Below, in pieces: positions 32,238-36,282 of a DNA stretch of 36,282 bases (position 1 is its first letter; the number at the start of each line of letters is the position of its first letter). The notes under the pieces are model-generated. The model was not told the origin of the DNA and ran no database searches. It was given only the letters and a program-made list of their open reading frames with translations. This stretch comes from an uncultured archaeon (GTDB lineage: Archaea > Aenigmatarchaeota > Aenigmatarchaeia > GW2011-AR5). Location: positions 21,628-57,909 of the forward strand of contig CAYJVT010000005.1 of the NCBI GenBank assembly GCA_964373695.1. Direction: 5' to 3'. Position numbers and translations under genes: made by a program.

Positions 32238-33749
32238 ATGAATTTTGTTTCAATTGCGTCAAGGCTGCCTGGCATAGAGGAGCCGAAGGTCCATCTCAAT
32301 TTCAAGGCGAGGCTTAAGTGGACTGCCATAATACTCCTGCTTTTCATAGTACTTTCCCAAATAACGCTTTTCGGCGTCTCCCCTGAGGAGCGCCAGAGGT
32401 TCCAGTTCTTCGAACTCATACTCGGCTCGTCCATAGGGACGCTGATGACACTGGGCATAGGACCCATCGTGACGGCGTCCATAATACTCCAGCTTCTGGT
32501 CGGCTCCAAGATAATACCGTGGAACCTTAGGGAGCCCGAGGGCAAGAGGAAATTCCAGTCGGCGCAAAAGCTTCTCGTTATATTCTTCTGCGTGTTCGAA
32601 GCCTTTGCCTACGTGAGCTTCGGCGCGATAAAACCGTCTTCAGCCGACTTCATGCTGGTACTGATAGCACAAATAGCCTTCGGCGGCTATTTGGTCCTCC
32701 TGATGGATGAGGTGATTTCCAAGTGGGGCATAGGCTCCGGCGTCTCCCTTTTCATAGCGGAGAACGTGTCGAAGACGATATTCGTCCGCGCATTGAATCC
32801 TTTGACGCCACTGGGCGAGACCATACCGTCAGGCCTCATACCGCAGTCCATCTCGTTCATAGGACTGGGCGACATGTTCCAGGCCGCGATAGCGTGGGTT
32901 CCGATAGCCGCAACCGTGATAGTCTTCCTGACTGTCGTCTACATACAGGCCATGAAGGTGGAGATACCACTCGCCTTCGGCAGCATACGCGGCTTCAGCC
33001 GCAGATGGCCCCTCAACATGATATACACGAGCAACATGCCGGTAATACTCATAGCGGCGCTGCTGGCAAACCTCCAGCTCGTGGCCACGATGGTTGCAAG
33101 GCAGACCGAGGAAGGCCTGCGGTGCGGGTTCCTCGGGTGCTTCGACAGCAACAACATCGCGATAAGCGGCATAGTGCAGTTCTTCCAGCCGGTCGCTTCC
33201 TTGCCTGTGCAGATATTTTTCCTCACCATACTTACCATAGTGTTTATAACCGCATTCGCGTCCTTCTACTTCAAATTCAAGCACGGCTTCAAGGTCGTAG
33301 TGGCGGCGGGCGCAGCCGGCGTGATATTAGCCTTCCTTATATCGTCGTCCACGGTTGGCATGCCTACGGGCGACGAATTCCTCCGCACTGGCGTGTATTC
33401 GCTGCTCCTCATAGCGGGCTCGGTCATCTTCTCGGTCTTCTGGGTGTCGACAAGCGGCATGGACGCCAGGAGCGTCGCCGAGCAGATAGAAGGCCTCGGC
33501 ATGCAGATACCCGGATTCAGGAGGGACCCGAGGATAATCGAGCAAGTCCTGAACAGATACATACCGACGCTTGCCATAATATCAGGACTTTTCATAGGCA
33601 CCCTGGCGGCGGTGGCCGACTTCACGGGCGCGCTGGGAACCGGAACCGGCATCCTGCTGATGGTGATGATAATCTACAGCCTTTACGAGAACATAGCCAA
33701 CAGGTACATGGAGGACATGCACCCGGCCATGAGGAAGTTCTTCGGGTAG
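32238..33749 (+). CDS. secY: Preprotein translocase subunit SecY
   Basis: GTLMTLGIGPIVTASIILQLL, SKWGIGSG.SLFI, IYTSNMPVIL, GMQIPGFRRD and GTGILLMV. Confidence 0.97.
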   Translation: MNFVSIASRLPGIEEPKVHLNFKARLKWTAIILLLFIVLSQITLFGVSPEERQRFQFFELILGSSIGTLMTLGIGPIVTASIILQLLVGSKIIPWNLREPEGKRKFQSAQKLLVIFFCVFEAFAYVSFGAIKPSSADFMLVLIAQIAFGGYLVLLMDEVISKWGIGSGVSLFIAENVSKTIFVRALNPLTPLGETIPSGLIPQSISFIGLGDMFQAAIAWVPIAATVIVFLTVVYIQAMKVEIPLAFGSIRGFSRRWPLNMIYTSNMPVILIAALLANLQLVATMVARQTEEGLRCGFLGCFDSNNIAISGIVQFFQPVASLPVQIFFLTILTIVFITAFASFYFKFKHGFKVVVAAGAAGVILAFLISSSTVGMPTGDEFLRTGVYSLLLIAGSVIFSVFWVSTSGMDARSVAEQIEGLGMQIPGFRRDPRIIEQVLNRYIPTLAIISGLFIGTLAAVADFTGALGTGTGILLMVMIIYSLYENIANRYMEDMHPAMRKFFG

Positions 33750-33795
33750 GACCCGGAACTTCCTCATCAAACAAGTCAAAAATTTTTAGTTGACT
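33729..33795. terminator. Long hairpin over the secY stop plus a second small inverted repeat; candidate terminator between convergent genes
   Basis: ATGAGGAAGTTC-tt-CGGGT-AGG-ACCCG-GAACTTCCTCAT (33729-67); AGTCAA/TTGACT (33774-95). Confidence 0.5.
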
Positions 33796-33844
33796 GGCGA
33801 CATAATAATAATTCAATTCTTTAAACTTCATGCTGCCGATGAAG

Positions 33845-34543
33845 TCAGAACAGTCTCACTACAATGAAAGCGAAAAGCAGCATGCTGCCGAAGTCGGCGA
33901 GCGACGTCGTTATCGGCACGAGGAAGTTGTTCGGGTCCTCTTTCTTCCTGTATATGTAGATGCCGGATGCGACCGATGCCATAAATATTATTCCGACAAG
34001 TATCATGGTGCACATGACCGACACGGCCATGATTTTCAGGAATATCAGAGGGTTGAACGGAAAGCCGCTGTAATATGCCATGCCGTACGACACCGCCCCG
34101 ATGTACAGCGACATTATCAGGGCGATGGCAAACAGCGTCTTCATGAGATTTTTCATTTCTTCCGACTTCAGCACGCTTTTCCTGATGTCTATCTTTCCGG
34201 TATAGAGCATGGAAGTGAACTTCGACGAGACTATGGTGCCGTAGTCCCCTATCATGTCATTCAGCGCCGGCAGCATTATGAGAAGCGGTATGATGGTGAC
34301 GAGCTTTTCCCTTACGTTCTCAAGCCCCACGCCGCCGACGGAGCTTATTATCGCAGCTATTATCAGTATCTTCAGGCTTTCCTTTATGATGACAGAGGCG
34401 ACATGGGATTTCGTCCCGTATTCCTTCATGTAGAAAAGCGTTTTGTAAGATATCTTGTGCTTCCTGTGGATCGAATGGATGACAGGGTGATGCTTATGCC
34501 GCTTTATGCCGTGCAGCTTCGCAAACTTTTTGTTGAGCTTCAT
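33845..34543 (-). CDS. MgtE-type magnesium transporter membrane-domain protein with His/Lys-rich N-terminus
   Basis: P.L.DM.G..G.I.SS..TS.L..G and DP.N...PITTSLADFG. Confidence 0.85.
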   Translation of the reverse strand: MKLNKKFAKLHGIKRHKHHPVIHSIHRKHKISYKTLFYMKEYGTKSHVASVIIKESLKILIIAAIISSVGGVGLENVREKLVTIIPLLIMLPALNDMIGDYGTIVSSKFTSMLYTGKIDIRKSVLKSEEMKNLMKTLFAIALIMSLYIGAVSYGMAYYSGFPFNPLIFLKIMAVSVMCTMILVGIIFMASVASGIYIYRKKEDPNNFLVPITTSLADFGSMLLFAFIVVRLF

Positions 34544-35070
34544 GCCACCACCGCTATTGCAATCATGAACGACGCGACGCTCATGACATCGCCAAGCGTT
34601 GTTATATATGGCCCCATGATGTTGTTCGGGTCATGCCCTTTCCTGAACACCCAGAACGTCGTATATACGGTAAGCGGCGTCATCAGCATAGACACGAATC
34701 CCGCTATGACCGAAATGAACACGATCTTCACATTCTCGATGCCGAAGAACCATGAACTTGCAAGATAAGCCAGAACGCCGAGAACGATGCTTGAAATGAA
34801 CACAAGCGAGACAGTTGCCAGCATGTTGCTTTTGGATATCCTGTCAGCCATTCTCGGCTTCACGACGCCAAGGAAAAGGCCTGAGCTGAGGCGGGATGAC
34901 ATCATGCCGCTTAGGGCGCCCCTCATCTCAAGGAAGCCCGGTATCAGTATGAAGAGCCCGGGTATGAGCGATATCTGGTTTGTCATGGAGGCGAGAGCCA
35001 CACCGGCAAGCAGCCCGCCTGTCACCGATATGAGCTCCACGGCGAAAATTTCCCTGAAGTCATTTCCCAT
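34540..35070 (-). CDS. MgtE-type magnesium transporter membrane-domain protein
   Basis: IPGFLEMRG..SG.MSSRLSSGL..G and DPNN..GPYITTLGDV; start at 35070 or 35088. Confidence 0.85.
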   Translation of the reverse strand: MGNDFREIFAVELISVTGGLLAGVALASMTNQISLIPGLFILIPGFLEMRGALSGMMSSRLSSGLFLGVVKPRMADRISKSNMLATVSLVFISSIVLGVLAYLASSWFFGIENVKIVFISVIAGFVSMLMTPLTVYTTFWVFRKGHDPNNIMGPYITTLGDVMSVASFMIAIAVVA

Positions 35071-35149
35071 TATAAGATATTGGAGCACGGTTAAAAAGGA
35101 TTTTTATACGTTAGATTTCAACAGTAAGCTAAAGCGCCTGTAGTTTAAT

Positions 35150-35259
35150 GCGGTCGTGGTCTAATGGCAGGACAACAGCCTTCCAACAGCCCTTTTCAAA
35201 AAAGCGCTGGCGGAAAATGAAGAGAGCTGTTTATGTGGGTTCAAATCCCGCCGACCGCA
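35150..35259 (+). tRNA. tRNA-Gly(UCC) with 39-nt intron at 37/38 (35186-35224)
   Basis: Acceptor GCGGTCG/CGACCGC-A; stem ACAGC/GCTGT; TCC at 35182-84; BHB CTTC/GAAG + AGA bulge; T-arm GTGGG-TTCAAAT-CCCGC. Confidence 0.9.
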
Positions 35260-35262
35260 TCG

Positions 35263-36276
35263 ATGATGCATGAAAAATATTTTTTGATAATCGCATTCCT
35301 GGCAGCGGTATCCGGATGCGTTTCAGAAAGCACTACAGTCTCTCCTGCACCTGATACAGTTGAGGCGATTGCGGAAACGTTTTCTTATGCCGCAACCGAT
35401 TATCCAGGAATGAGCGAAATTCCCAAGGAAACGACAGGCTATCCGCTTCTTCTTGACGACCCATTGATGGCCCTTCCGATAAAATACTACATAAACGAAA
35501 GCACGATAAACTACAGCTATGCGGTCTTCTATCCCGAGATGGTGAACGATACTATAGAAGGCCTGGAGGAATGGGAACGTGCCACGGATGGCGCCGTGAG
35601 ATTTGCAGAAGCCAAAGAGCCGTCCGATGCCAGCGTCGTAATAAACTTCGTCAAATTCTACAACATAACGTCCGTGATGTCCGGCGAATACGGCCTATCG
35701 TGGACAAGCCAGCTCGGCGAAGGCGGACCCGCGTCTATCATCCCGTACAGGGGATTCAACCTCATAAACAGCTCGGTGATGTTCGTCTTCCCGAACAGGC
35801 AGGACAGGTGCGAGACGGTGCAGACGGCGGAGCACGAGTTCGGGCACGCGACAGGCCTTGACCATGACGGCATTCCAGACAGCATAATGTATGCAAGCGT
35901 CCGAGGCACATGCCTGCAGAAATTCAAACAGCCCACGATAGACGCGGTGAACAGCCTTTACAAAAACTCAAAGCCGGACCTCAGGTTCGCCTATGCAACG
36001 GCATCCGAGTCGAACGGGACTTTCGACATTGACATGAAGGTCGAGAACGTCGGCCTTGCCTATTCCGGCAGCGTGAGCCTGAAGCTATACGACGGCTCGT
36101 TCTTCGTATGGGACGGCCTCATAAGGCCCCTGGCCCCTGGCGGCTCCGAAGTGTTCCTGGCAAAAGGACTGAAGATGAAACCATCGAACGGCTCTATCCA
36201 GGCTTTCATCGACATAGAATCGGCGCAGGAAGAATTATCCAGGGAAGACAACGAGATAGTATTGCGAAAACAATAA
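35263..36276 (+). CDS. Matrixin (M10)-family metalloprotease lipoprotein with C-terminal CARDB-like Ig domain
   Basis: FLAAVSGC lipobox-like; AEHEFGHATGLDH (HExxHxxGxxH); SIMY Met-turn; PDL...V.N.G...E.SREDN. Confidence 0.88.
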   Translation: MMHEKYFLIIAFLAAVSGCVSESTTVSPAPDTVEAIAETFSYAATDYPGMSEIPKETTGYPLLLDDPLMALPIKYYINESTINYSYAVFYPEMVNDTIEGLEEWERATDGAVRFAEAKEPSDASVVINFVKFYNITSVMSGEYGLSWTSQLGEGGPASIIPYRGFNLINSSVMFVFPNRQDRCETVQTAEHEFGHATGLDHDGIPDSIMYASVRGTCLQKFKQPTIDAVNSLYKNSKPDLRFAYATASESNGTFDIDMKVENVGLAYSGSVSLKLYDGSFFVWDGLIRPLAPGGSEVFLAKGLKMKPSNGSIQAFIDIESAQEELSREDNEIVLRKQ

Positions 36277-36282
36277 TTATGT

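Noticed and set aside
32723-34768. Long alternative ORFs 32723-33793 and 33830-34768
   Set aside because: Off-frame or antisense shadows of secY and the MgtE genes; no recognisable domains.

Overview
Archaeal genome window. The gene set (aRF1, archaeal-type L3-to-SecY operon with SUI1 and Rpp29, BHB-type tRNA introns, PGF-pre-PGF surface protein) suggests a DPANN-like lineage such as Aenigmatarchaeota; this is an inference. From 1 to ~19 kb are housekeeping genes (pcm, TatD, aRF1, ValRS, MBL hydrolase, orphan DNA MTase, large surface glycoprotein, Cmk, NAD kinase, ThiF/MoeB). They are mixed with two RelE-type toxin-antitoxin pairs, AT-richer orphan ORFs, three intron-containing tRNAs (Ala-GGC, Ala-CGC, and Ile-GAU with two introns) and a decayed integrase island. 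The S10/spc-like ribosomal operon runs from 19.4 to 33.7 kb, followed by two MgtE-like genes, an intron-containing tRNA-Gly(UCC) and a matrixin-like lipoprotein. The most unusual signal is non-coding. (i) A family of 55-115 nt inserts sits at gene starts (before ORF147, rps19, rps3, rps17). Each is flanked by a 6-10 bp direct repeat of the start or junction sequence and ends in a conserved mini-hairpin + AGGTGTTT Shine-Dalgarno, and three of four encode a translationally coupled ~20-40 aa uORF. (ii) Arrays of variable-stem, mostly tri-loop hairpins with recurring tails (GCAGATTTC, GACAT/GGCAT) occur in the rpl3 leader, at 12.6-12.8 kb and in tRNA introns. (iii) Two ~100 bp MITE-like elements have IS200/IS605 (HEARO/IscB-like) ends. 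The ribosomal operon also carries four extra ORFs, including an intact CheY-like receiver domain between rps14 and rps8.
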